Shown here piece after piece: positions 28,611 to 38,569 of a DNA stretch of 64,000 nucleotides. The translations under genes and the position numbers were made by a program. The notes under the pieces are model-generated. The model searched no databases. It saw only the letters and a program-made list of their open reading frames with translations, and was not told the DNA's origin. The first letter of the stretch is position 1; the number at the start of each line of letters is the position of its first letter. This DNA is from Tubiluchus corallicola (lineage: Eukaryota > Animalia > Priapulida), in the NCBI GenBank assembly GCA_030141605.1, contig JAQGDQ010000525.1, positions 1 to 64,000 of the forward strand, written 5' to 3'.

Positions 28611-31600
28611 GCTAACTAGCTAGCTAGCTACTTACTTACGCACTTACGTGCTTACGTACTTACGTACTTACGTACTTACGTACTTATTTACTTACTTACT
28701 CACTCACTCACTCACTCACTCACTCACTCACTCCCTCCCTCCCTCCCTCCCTCCCTCTCTCCCTCCCTCCCTCCCTCCCTCCCTCCCTCACTCACTCACT
28801 CACTCACTCACTCACTACCTACCTCCCTCCCTCCCTCACTCACTCACTCACTCACTCACTCACTCACTCACTCCCTCTCTCCCTCACTCACTCACTCACT
28901 CACTCACTCACTTATTACAGACAGGAACATTGTAATTTCTTATTATAACATCTCTATGCTAACAACATGGTTTACATAGGTCAATTTATCTACATTGGAT
29001 GTCTGTCCTCGAAGAGATCGAATGGGGAACCTGACTTTCCCAAAACCAGCGCGGAAGACTTGGAATTTTCCAATCCCCTGGATTGTGCAAGCGAATGCTT
29101 GAAACTTGGTTATCCATACGCAGGAGTGTCAACTGTAAATAACCACCTACAATGCAGTTGTGGCAATTCTTATGGTTGGACTGAACAGGTGTTAACTAAT
29201 GGTTGTGAAAACAATTGTGGTGGCGGGGCATGTGGGAAAAATGACCAAGCTAATGCCGTATACGACACCAAATGTAAGTAGTTACATATTGCCGAATTGT
29301 AACTGTGGATTTCCATTTGAGTCTGCTGAACAGACACATTACTCGCGGCATTTCTGGTGCGAACGCCTTGGCGAGTTACTCTCGACATGTCTGGTGCGAA
29401 CGCCTTGGCGAGTTACTCGCGCCATGTCTGGTGTAAACGCCTCGGCGAGTTACTCTCGACATGCCTGGTGTGAACGCCTCAGCGAGTTACTCGCGGCATG
29501 CCTGGTGTGAACGCCTCAGCGAATTACTCGTGGCATGTCTGGTGCGAACGCCTCGGCGAGTTACTCGCGGTATGTCTGGTGTGAACGCCTCGGCAAGTTA
29601 CTCGCGGCATTTCTGGTGCGAACGCCTTGGCGAGTTACTCTCGACATGTCTGGTGCGAACGCCTTGGCGAGTTACTTGCGGCATGTCTGGTGTGAACACC
29701 TCGGCGAGTTACTCGCAGCATGTCTGGTGCGAATGCCTCGGCGAGTTACTCTCAGCATGTCTGGTGTGAATGCCTCGGCGAGTTACTCGCGGCACTTCTC
29801 GCAATGAATAGAGAAGAGAGCATCAGCTGGCGCTTACTGTAACTCCCCGCATATTTTGCTCTCTAATCTTACCACGCTTGCGAGTTACTCGACGAGAAAG
29901 CTCGCTAGTCTGAACGCGCACGAGAATAACTCGCTGATGCGTTTACACTAGACTGTAAATCAAAACAGCAACTGTCCGAGAGTTTGTAATTTATTGCCTA
30001 CAGTATTCCTCAAAACCGTTCACACTTGCGAATTTGGTATCAGAGAGATTATTATAATGATGAAAAAGTCAGTGTTCGGGTTCTCATATATTTGCGATGC
30101 TCGCGGATAAAAAGTCATCAAGATTATCTTCATGCGATTTTTTCTTCTTTTTTCCTTCACCTGTGTAGAGCGATAATTTGAAATGTAGGTCCTTTAGCGC
30201 ACTTAATTATGTATTTTAATTAAGAAAATTAGTATTATGAAAGTGTTAATCTTTTCTGTGTGATTAACAGCCTTATTAGTCACTTTTATAATTAAATTGA
30301 TGAGCATTGAACGTTCCCATTCGATTCGAGTGAGTTTTTTAATTCGAATTCGACTCGAACTTAAAATTACATATTCGAATAATTCACCACTTCAACTGCG
30401 AACGTTCTTTATCGTTAAAACGTTTGAAACGTTGTGACGTCACACACGCACGCAGTCGGCGCAATGTAGCTGCGTTTTCTGCGCGAAATTTTTAGACAAA
30501 ATGTTAATGTTTTTGCTTCAGAAAAATCAAGCAGTATGCAAGACCTTTGCGAGAATGCGTTTGATTAATGATTCCAGAAAATTTACTAGATAATCTTTAA
30601 AACTGAACTTCAATTCGAGGCAGATTCGACATCTTTAATTGCACGTTTGATTCGAGCGATTCGATTCGAATTCGCATTTAAGCAGAAAATGCTCACCCCT
30701 ATTGATTATGCGACATTTTTACGTAATCTTACGTATAAATTTGGAAATAACTCTATATCAAAACAGGCCATACATTTATGGAATTTACTACCCAGTGAAA
30801 TAAAACTAATAGAATCTATCCGCCACTTTAAAAAGAAATTAAAAGAATATCAATATAACAGGTTTCAACTTCCACATTGTGCATCTGATACTAGTTACAC
30901 AGATTCAACTTTCATCTACCCCCGCCCCGCCCCTGACTCCATAAAACGATTAAAAAAATGTAAAATTTTCAAAAAAATATCAAATGTAATACGTGTTATG
31001 TCAGTTTTGTAATGTCAAATGTATAAATAGTGTAAATGTAATGAGTGAAATTTATGTAATGTAAAGCATGTTTCTGTTAATTGTGTCATGTCAAATGTAT
31101 ATATAGTGAAAAATATGTCATGTAAAATTTAATGTACTTTTGTAATATTGTTTTGTAAAAATATTTTAATATGGTGTTTGTAAATATGTTCATTTATTGT
31201 ATATAAATAGACCTAAGTTTTGCACTTTGGTTTTTTTAGTCTGCACGGGACGCATTTGTCTTGAACAGTGCTGTTATTTTAACATTACGCTGAGGCTTAC
31301 TCAATTTTATTATCATGAGTGAACCATTTTAATGACAAATAATGAATTAATATATATATATATATATAGATATATATATATACGTTTGATTCGAGCGATT
31401 CGATTCGAATTCGCATTTAAGCAGAAAATACTCACCCCAATTGATTATTGATTTTATTATTTGATATTATTGATTATCTGTTCTTGTTAGTATATCAATC
31501 GACACGTCATCAATTTCGAGGGTGCTGGACAATCACGACTCGCGATTTTGAGCGGGAAACAAAAGCTTCGTCCACAGCCGACTGCATCGCCACCTGTAGG

Positions 31601-33616
31601 GATTACGTAAAACCGGGCGGTGTTCAATATCCAACCTTTTTTGCAATGTACTCAGCGAAAACTGGTGTCTGCCTTTGCGATGACAGTTTAGGTACGCAAA
31701 CGGCAAAGGAGCCGGCCAAGAAGTCGTGTAGACGGTGCCCTAATGACGAATCGTACTTCTGCGCAGGGGAAGACCGATCTTATGCTGTTTACCACACAGG
31801 AGGTAAATTTTTCTATTGTTATTCACATACTTCTTAACCCTCTCACCACGTAAGCTGGTAGACTGCCACCCAAGTGTATAAAGTCTGTTGTGGTGAGGAT
31901 CCTAAATCATGTTGTACAAACTGTCTGATCCAATCCTAAATAAATTATGTTTAAACTAACGTATTCTTCCTTTGTTTTTTAGGTCCACATGTCTCATACT
32001 TTCATGGCTGTTTCGCGTCTAATAGGAAGGCAGATTATCCACACGAAAAGCCTCCCTTTAATGCCAAAACTAACGCAGACATTGAATGTAGGAAAGAATG
32101 CAAGAAGAGCGGGTATTACTACGCCACATTTCTGATTCAGGGGTCATCCGTACAGTGTAAGTGTGGCAACGGTTACCCGTATTTCAAGTTTTCTTCGAAC
32201 TGCAAGCCATGTGAAAAGGCCTCTACATTTTGTCCTGGACACGATGCTCTACCAGCGATTTCAACAGATCGTAAGTTAAAGTAGGGTGAGACATTATGTT
32301 TTGGGCAGAATGCTCTACCAGTAATTTCAACAGATCGTAAGTTAAAGTAGGGTGAGACATTATGTTTTGGGCAGAATGCTCTGCCAGTAATTTCAACTGA
32401 TCGTAAGTTAAAGTAGGGTGAGACATTATGTTTTGGGCAGAATGCTCTACCCGTAATTTCAACTGATCGTAAGTTAAAGTAGGGTGAGACATTATGTTTT
32501 GGGCAGAATGCTCTGCCAGCGATTTCAACAGATCGTAAGTTAAAGTAGGGTGAGACATTATGTTTTGGGCAGAATACTCTACCAGTAATTTCAACTGATC
32601 ATAAGTTAAAGTAGGGTGAGACATTATGTTTTGGGCAGAATGCTCTACCCGTAATTTCAACCGATAGAAGTTAACCCTTTCAGTCCCAAATTATTTTTTA
32701 ATAAGAAAAAAATTTTTGGTTTGGTACTTTTGTTCAGTGTGTCCATCTTGTTTACACATAATAATTATTTTTTTCTACCTTTGCCCGCGTGCTAAATATA
32801 GCCTGTATCCCACGGGATACATTGGGATTCAATGGAAGCATAAAATGTGCTTCATTTTGCAACTGCTGATAATTTTTTAAAGTATGTAAGACATTTAGTA
32901 TGCATGCTATGCTGATCTGTACAAAGTCGTCTCTAAAGTACTGTACCTTGCGCAGTTTTTTATGCTACGTAGATTTTCTAGTTTGCCATTTTTAGTCTAT
33001 TGTTATTGGTTTAAATCAAAATAGCTACGTAACAATGCCTACAAAGCACTGACAATAGCAAATTTGATTTTGGTTTTTATACACCACTCATATGTTCGTG
33101 TTTTTTAGTCTTTCCAGTGGATTCAAAGAGTTTGGGTTGCTGGCATGATAAGGAAAATGATCCAGACATGGATGGGGGTCGCTCAGAATTTTCACAATTA
33201 ACTCGGCACGATTGTCTGTCTCACTGTCGTCAACAAAAATTCGCATATGCTGGGTTGAAAATAGGTAGATACTGTTTCTGTGGCAATCACTACGGAAAGC
33301 ACATGCCTGCAAAAAGTGCCTGTGCCAAGAAGTGCCCGGGAGACAAGAGCACCACCTGCGGAGGATTGGAGGCTAATGAAATTTATCCAACTGAGGGTGA
33401 GGATTTTTAATGCATCAGCTAAAATCAAGGTCGACACAGTACCCGTCTCATCAAATTATTTCTGTGGGTGTGGTCTGCCCAAAGTCAAACTAAGGCCAAA
33501 CAATGATATAAGCGTTTACAACTTAAAATCTTACTCACATTACAATTTATTTTATGATAAACTTACCGTAAAACTTATTACTACCACTACTACTGGTACA
33601 ATTATTAATATTATTA

Positions 33617-33715
<99 letters not shown>

Positions 33716-35831
33716 GTATGGCAGGTCGCAGGATCAAACCGTCACGGGCTTCGTGAAAATGCAGTGTATTGAATGTAAAATTGCCTGGGCCAATCAGAGT
33801 TCAGTTTTCTAGGCCAATTTTCTCGAGCGTGTAACCTGTTCTTGAAGATTCGAGGGCAGTGCGTTCTCGGCCATGTTCGGCTTCGGTTTCATTTTGTTTT
33901 TTCTCTTCTTGGTTGCTGTTATTAAGTCAGTCGTGATTCAGTAATTTTTGGTTTAACCCTTTGGTTTGCATTTCGACTCAACGCGTAAGTGTCAGCTATA
34001 AACTGTTGCTAAGTGTTTCATTTTACTGTTTTTCTTTCTTTTCTTTTTTTATAATTTTCTTTAGTTAATTATGAATCCTCGCTATCATAGACGGCATCAC
34101 ACTGGTGTCAGAAGTGGGATCCGAAATTGCTGCCTGGAATGGAACTAAGCTAATTTAATTATTGTGAAGAGTTATTTTTCCCTTTAGTCTGTACTAGTAT
34201 TTCTGTTTTTACTGCTCTGCTATTATTACATGTCAGGTACTTAGTAAGACACCAAATCAACATCTATTGAAACTGTTTTCTTTGTTACCGAAGGTTGAAA
34301 TTTGAAAATTTTGATGATCATGCCAAATAAGAGGAAAAAGGATGACCACAGCGTCCCAAAAACAGAATCTTTATGTTCCTTTTTAGCTTTCGTCACTTTG
34401 AATGCCAAATCAATATTTTGTACAAACTAAGGCCTGTATTAGTCAGAAATGATTAGGTGGTTTAGTGTAACGCGAAGATTTCTGGTTCGAATCCAGGCTT
34501 AAATCCGAATTTTTTGCATTCCCCCTCTCCCTCTCTTTTCTACTCTCCCGCTTTTTCTCTCTCCCCCTTAATCTCTATATCTTTCTCTTTCTTTCTTTTT
34601 GACTCTGACGCTGACTCTGTCTTTGTCAGTCTAATTCATTTTTGATTTCAAAATTTAATTTTGCATTTAGCCCATGCTTAGAATTAAGCTATAACATTTT
34701 TTGTGTTAATTTATTATTGAACTCTTTCTATGCCTGGACGCTTTAATCAGCAATTTCAAAATAATTCTTAATGATGAGTTTAGTAATAACCAATTAGTAA
34801 TAACCAATTAAAAGAGTACACAATTAAAAAACAAAGAGAGAAAGAAAGAAAAGACACAACGTTTCGAGGTGTTGTTGGAAACGAGCTGATATCCTGCGAG
34901 TTACTGTCTAGTGTGAACGCCTCTGCAAGTTACTCTCGACACTTCTCACAGCGAGTAACTTTCAGCTCGTGCTTATTGTTCGAGAGTTTTACTCCCTCTG
35001 TAGTATTATATGTGAACACCATGTTTGAAATAAAGTGTTAAAGTGTTTAAACTTTAAAAAAATCTAGTTTCAACACGCTTGCGAGTTACTTTTACGAGTT
35101 AACTTGGCGAGAAAACTGGCTAGTTTGAACACACATGTGAAAGTCATGTTTGAGGTTGTAGATAAATCACTTTGTAGAACAAGAATAAACAACTATACTA
35201 CATATGTGCACAAAACTGAAAAGTGTTTATTAGACTTACATACACATATGCAGAATGACAGCTACACTGAACACTGAGAACAAGAGTGTCCTGCACTGAT
35301 CACTGAGAGTTAGACAGTGAGTAACATGAGTATCACGACTACTGCACTGCACTGAGAGTGTGAGTCACATGATTAGCACGACTGCTGCACTGCACTGAGA
35401 GTGTGAGTCACGTGATTAGCACGACTGCTGGACTGCACTGAGAGTGAGACAGTGACTAGAAAGTAAAATCCATATATATAGGTATAGGTAATTATGCAAA
35501 CTTGGCTTCACAAAAACCTTTACTGTAAAATAGGTAGAGATCCAGTGAATGACCGTACAATTATACTAGGGGTGAGTTTAGCTAGTAAAATGTAAAAGGA
35601 TTAGTTCATAGATGGCAGCACCTAAAAAATATACAATTACAATTTCCACACACGTATTATATGTAATAAGATATTGTTTAAATTTTGCAGTTGAACTACC
35701 AGGCGTGAAGCACGAAACCGGTTGTTTCCAGAAAAAAGCAGCTGAAAAATATAATAGTTTAGAATACGTAAATCATCTTATAAGAACAACAATGACGTCA
35801 ACAATGTGCGTTCACTTCTGCTACGAAAAAG
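27863..35831 (+). CDS. Secreted multi-WSC-domain protein, 3' end not found; exons 27863-27935, 28980-29273, 31491-31802, 31983-32270, 33109-33396, 35691-35831
   Basis: Signal-peptide exon MESGQNIFSVSLFCIASFLVWPCEG followed by phase-1 symmetric exons, each with the WSC pattern (YIGC..C..EC..GYPYAGV..QCSCGNSYG; SLGCW..DCLSHCRQQKFAYAGLKIGRYCFCGNHYG..C..KCPGD..TCGG..ANEIY). All GT-AG; internal exon lengths are multiples of 3. Confidence 0.88.
28070..28912. repeat. Compound tetranucleotide microsatellite (GTAA/GTAG, then CTAA/CCAA/CTAG/CTTA/CTCA/CTCC)
   Basis: Directly visible; WSC gene intron 1. Confidence 0.95.
29338..29925. repeat. 37-bp minisatellite (~12 copies) within a Harbinger-like MITE relative
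   Basis: Unit gagttactcgcggcatgtctggtgtgaacgcctcggc. The tail gctagtctgaacgcgca resembles the TIR at 22413-22427; a related fragment lies at 34895-35132. Confidence 0.85.
30711..31381 (+). mobile_element. CR1/L2-like LINE 3' fragment ending in (TA)n
   Basis: FGNNSISKQAIHLWNLLPSEIKLIESIRHFKKKLKEY is a typical ORF2 C-terminus, followed by an AT-rich 3'UTR. Confidence 0.7.
32244..32674 (+). repeat. 66-bp tandem array (~6.5 copies) spanning the WSC exon 4 end and its donor
   Basis: Unit atgctctaccagcgatttcaacagatcGTAAGTtaaagtagggtgagacattatgttttgggcaga. Confidence 0.95.
32675..33025 (-). mobile_element. piggyBac-like MITE copy 3 (inverted, truncated)
   Basis: TTAA|CCCTTTCAGTCCCAA; reverse complement of ~8990-9355. 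Confidence 0.85.
33600..33715. repeat. (ATT)n microsatellite
   Basis: Directly visible. Confidence 0.95.
33714..34133 (+). repeat. Third copy of a ~420-bp module also at 3256-3675 (+) and ~21232-21653 (-)
   Basis: tagtatggcaggtcgcaggatcaaaccgtcacggg...cagaagtgggatccgaaattgc, nearly identical to the other copies. Confidence 0.9.
34456..34516 (+). mobile_element. Possible tRNA-derived SINE head remnant
   Basis: A-box-like TGGTTTAGTG and B-box GGTTCGAATCC followed by a T-run; does not fold as a full tRNA. Confidence 0.35.
35157..35636 (-). mobile_element. Possible solo LTR
   Basis: TGTA...TACA ends, a TATA tract and downstream AATAAA on the minus strand, short internal repeats; no TSD and only one copy in the window. 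Confidence 0.3.
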
Positions 35832-35978
35832 GTAAGTGGACAAATCTTGATGGTATCCTTATTTGGTATTATATTTATTTTTTAATTTAATTAAATTTTA
35901 TTGTAGATGGAATTTAATTTTGATGAATTAATTGGTAAGCGAGTTGTTTACGCTTTAACAGAGAAAAACGTAGTGCCC

Positions 35979-36797
35979 TTTATAGTCTCAAAGATTATAA
36001 TATTTATTCACGAGTTTTCACCTTAGAGGGCCTCACCAGCTGATTAGAAAGTGGTGGTAACTTCAAAGTCTTTATAGTCTCAAAGATTATAATATTTATT
36101 CAGTAGCTTTCATCGTTGCGGGCCTCATCAGCTGATTAGAAAGTGTTGCTAACTTTAAAGTCTTTATAGTCTCAAAGATTATGATGTTTATTCACGAGCT
36201 TTCACCCTTGCGGGCCTCATCAGCTGATTAGAAAGTGTTACTAACTTTAAAGTCTTTATAGTCTCAAGGATTATGATGTTTATTCACGAGTTTTCACCTT
36301 AGAGGGCCTCATCAGCTGAATAGAAAGTGATGGTAACTTCAATGTCTTTATAGTCTCAAACATTATAATATTTATTCAGTAGCTTTCACCCTTGCGGGCC
36401 TTATCAGCTGATTAGAAAGTGTTGCTAACTTTAAAGTCTTTATAGTCTCAAAGATTATGATGTTTATTCACGAGCTTTCACCCTTGCGGGCCTCATCAGC
36501 TGATTAGAAAGTGTTGCTAACTTTAAAGTCTTTATAGTCTCAAGGATTATGATGTTTATTCACGAGTTTTCACCTTAGAGGGCCTCATCAGCTGAATAGA
36601 AAGTGATGGTAACTTCAATGTCTTTATAGTCTCAAACATTATAATATTTATTCAGTAGCTTTCACCCTTGCGGGCCTTATCAGCTGATTAGAAAGTGTTG
36701 CTAACTTTAAAGTCTTTATAGTCTCAAAGATTATGATGTTTATTCACGAGCTTTCACCCTAGCGGGCCTCATCAGCTGAATAGAAAGTGCTGGTAAA
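35979..36797 (-). ncRNA. 92-bp tandem array (9 units, ABC x3) with minimal type I hammerhead-ribozyme-like motifs
   Basis: Minus strand of the units: ta(a/t)tcag-CTGATGA-ggccc-gcaa-gggt-GAAA-gcta-ctgaata (or gctc-gtgaata): both conserved boxes, a GNRA-capped helix II, a palindromic AGCT helix III and a complementary helix I. Confidence 0.7.
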
Positions 36798-36839
36798 CTG
36801 GGAGAGGACTAAATCTTCATAACTGATTTTCGGGTTAAA

Positions 36840-36969
36840 AACACTTTCTTTTCAGCTGATGAGGCCCGCATGGGTGGTCGCTGTTATAATCTTTGAGACT
36901 ATAAAGACATTGAAGTTAGCAACACTTTCTATTCAGCTGATGAGGCCCGCTAGGGTGAAAGCTACTGAA
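36840..36969 (+). ncRNA. Inverted copies of the same unit; complete hammerhead-like motif at 36932-36969
   Basis: ttcag-CTGATGA-ggcccgctagggt-GAAA-gcta-ctgaa; a truncated motif lacking GAAA lies at ~36852-36876. Confidence 0.65.
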
Positions 36970-37091
36970 AAAATTCTCTCTGGAATATCAAGCAGGGTAG
37001 CCCAGAAATTCATGGGATGGCTAAACGTTTTGAAAACTCCTTTCAGTGAATAATCCGCTCGAAGCTCCAAAAGAGCATCACAATGATGACT

Positions 37092-37340
37092 GGGGTACCT
37101 GAAGTAGGTTTCAGAAAAATCGCCTTAAAAATTATACTACTTTAGCGCAATTTTATGCGTATATTGTACTCGCACTGAAAGCAATTTTAGTTTGTTTTCA
37201 TTTTAAATCTCCCTCGATACTGTTCCGAAGTCGCCATTACATGACGTCATGTACCAAACGTAAATCAAGGGAAGAAAAGGCAATGTTAAATTATGTTTCC
37301 AGACTTTCCGTGCAAATCTATGTTACTTAGATTTTCCCTT
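37092..37340 (+). mobile_element. Truncated Kolobok-like TIR fragment
   Basis: Matches 23526-23767 and breaks off exactly at the palindrome edge. Confidence 0.8.
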
Positions 37341-37358
37341 AAAGCAGTAACTAGCTCC

Positions 37359-38330
37359 TAGTTACTGCCTTTTGTTAATTCAGACACCCAGAGGTCAGTA
37401 CTTTGACATGACATGAGACTGGGAGCTAGTTACTGCTTTGTTAATTCAGACGCGAGTTCAGTACCTTGACATGACATGAGACTATAGGAGCTAGTTACTG
37501 CTTTTGTTAATTCAGACGCGAGTCCAGTACCTTAGGCCATGACATGAGACTAGGAGCTAGTTACTGCTTTTTGTTAATTCAGACGCGAGGTCAGTACCTT
37601 GACATGACATGAGACTAGGAGCTAGTTACTGCTTTTGTTAATTCAGACGCGAGGTCAGTACCTTGACATGACATGAGACTAGGAGCTAGTTACTGCTTTT
37701 GTTAATTCAGACGCGAGGTCAGTACCTTGACATGACATGAGACTAGGAGCTAGTTACTGCTTTTGTTAATTCAGACGCGAGGTCAGTACCTTGACATGAC
37801 ATGAGACTAGGAGCTAGTTACTGCTTTTGTTAATTCAGACGCGAGGTCAGTACCTTGACATGACATGAGACTAGGAGCTAGTTACTGCTTTTGTTAATTC
37901 AGATGCGAGTTCAGTACTTTGACATGACATGAGACTGGGAGCTAGTTACTGCTTTTGTTAATTCAGACGCGAGGTCAGTACCTTGACATGACATGAGACT
38001 AGGAGCTAGTTACTGCTTTTGTTAATTCAGACGCGAGGTCAGTACCTTGACATGACATGAGACTGGGAGCTAGTTACTGCTTTTGTTAATTCAGACGCGA
38101 GGTCAGTACCTTGACATGACATGAGACTAGGAGCTAGTTACTGCTTTTGTTAATTCAGACGCGAGGTCAGTACCTTGACATGACATGAGACTCGGAGCTA
38201 GTTACTGCTTTTGTTAATTCAGACGCGAGGTCAGTACCTTGACATGACATGAGACTGGGTGTTTGTTTTGTTTTGGGGGTGTTTGTGTGGTGGGAGCTAG
38301 TTACTGCTTTTGTTAATTCAGACGCGAGTC
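37359..38330 (-). repeat. 64-bp minisatellite, ~15 copies (left arm)
   Basis: Unit tagttactgcttttgttaattcagacgcgaggtcagtaccttgacatgacatgagactaggagc. Confidence 0.95.
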
Positions 38331-38419
38331 AAGTTCCTTAAAGTTTTTCTGATTTATATCGTCATTGTCAATATGTTAATTTAAATTTTTGGAATTCACT
38401 TTGCATTTGCTTATTTCAG

Positions 38420-38569
38420 CGACATAAAGTACGTATCGTTCCTGTATCTGAGGTCTTATTTAGCTACAAGGACAAAGAATATGGCTACCATGTGTATGGC
38501 TATGAGAAGAAGGTCCATGCTCCGAAGTATCCACAACAGTGCTGCTGTGGCTGTTGCACAATCATTTGA
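38420..38569 (+). pseudogene. SSUH2: Inverted duplicate of the SSUH2 terminal coding exon
   Basis: ttatttcag|RHKVRIVPVSEVLFSYKDKEYGYHVYGYEKKVHAPKYPQQCCCGCCTII*; mirrors 40945-41094 with one synonymous difference seen. Confidence 0.85.

Noticed and set aside
32223-32660. 145-aa ORF with a 22-aa repeat
   Set aside because: Antisense reading of the 66-bp tandem array.
34456-34516. tRNA gene
   Set aside because: Has a B box but no acceptor or anticodon stems; at most a SINE remnant.
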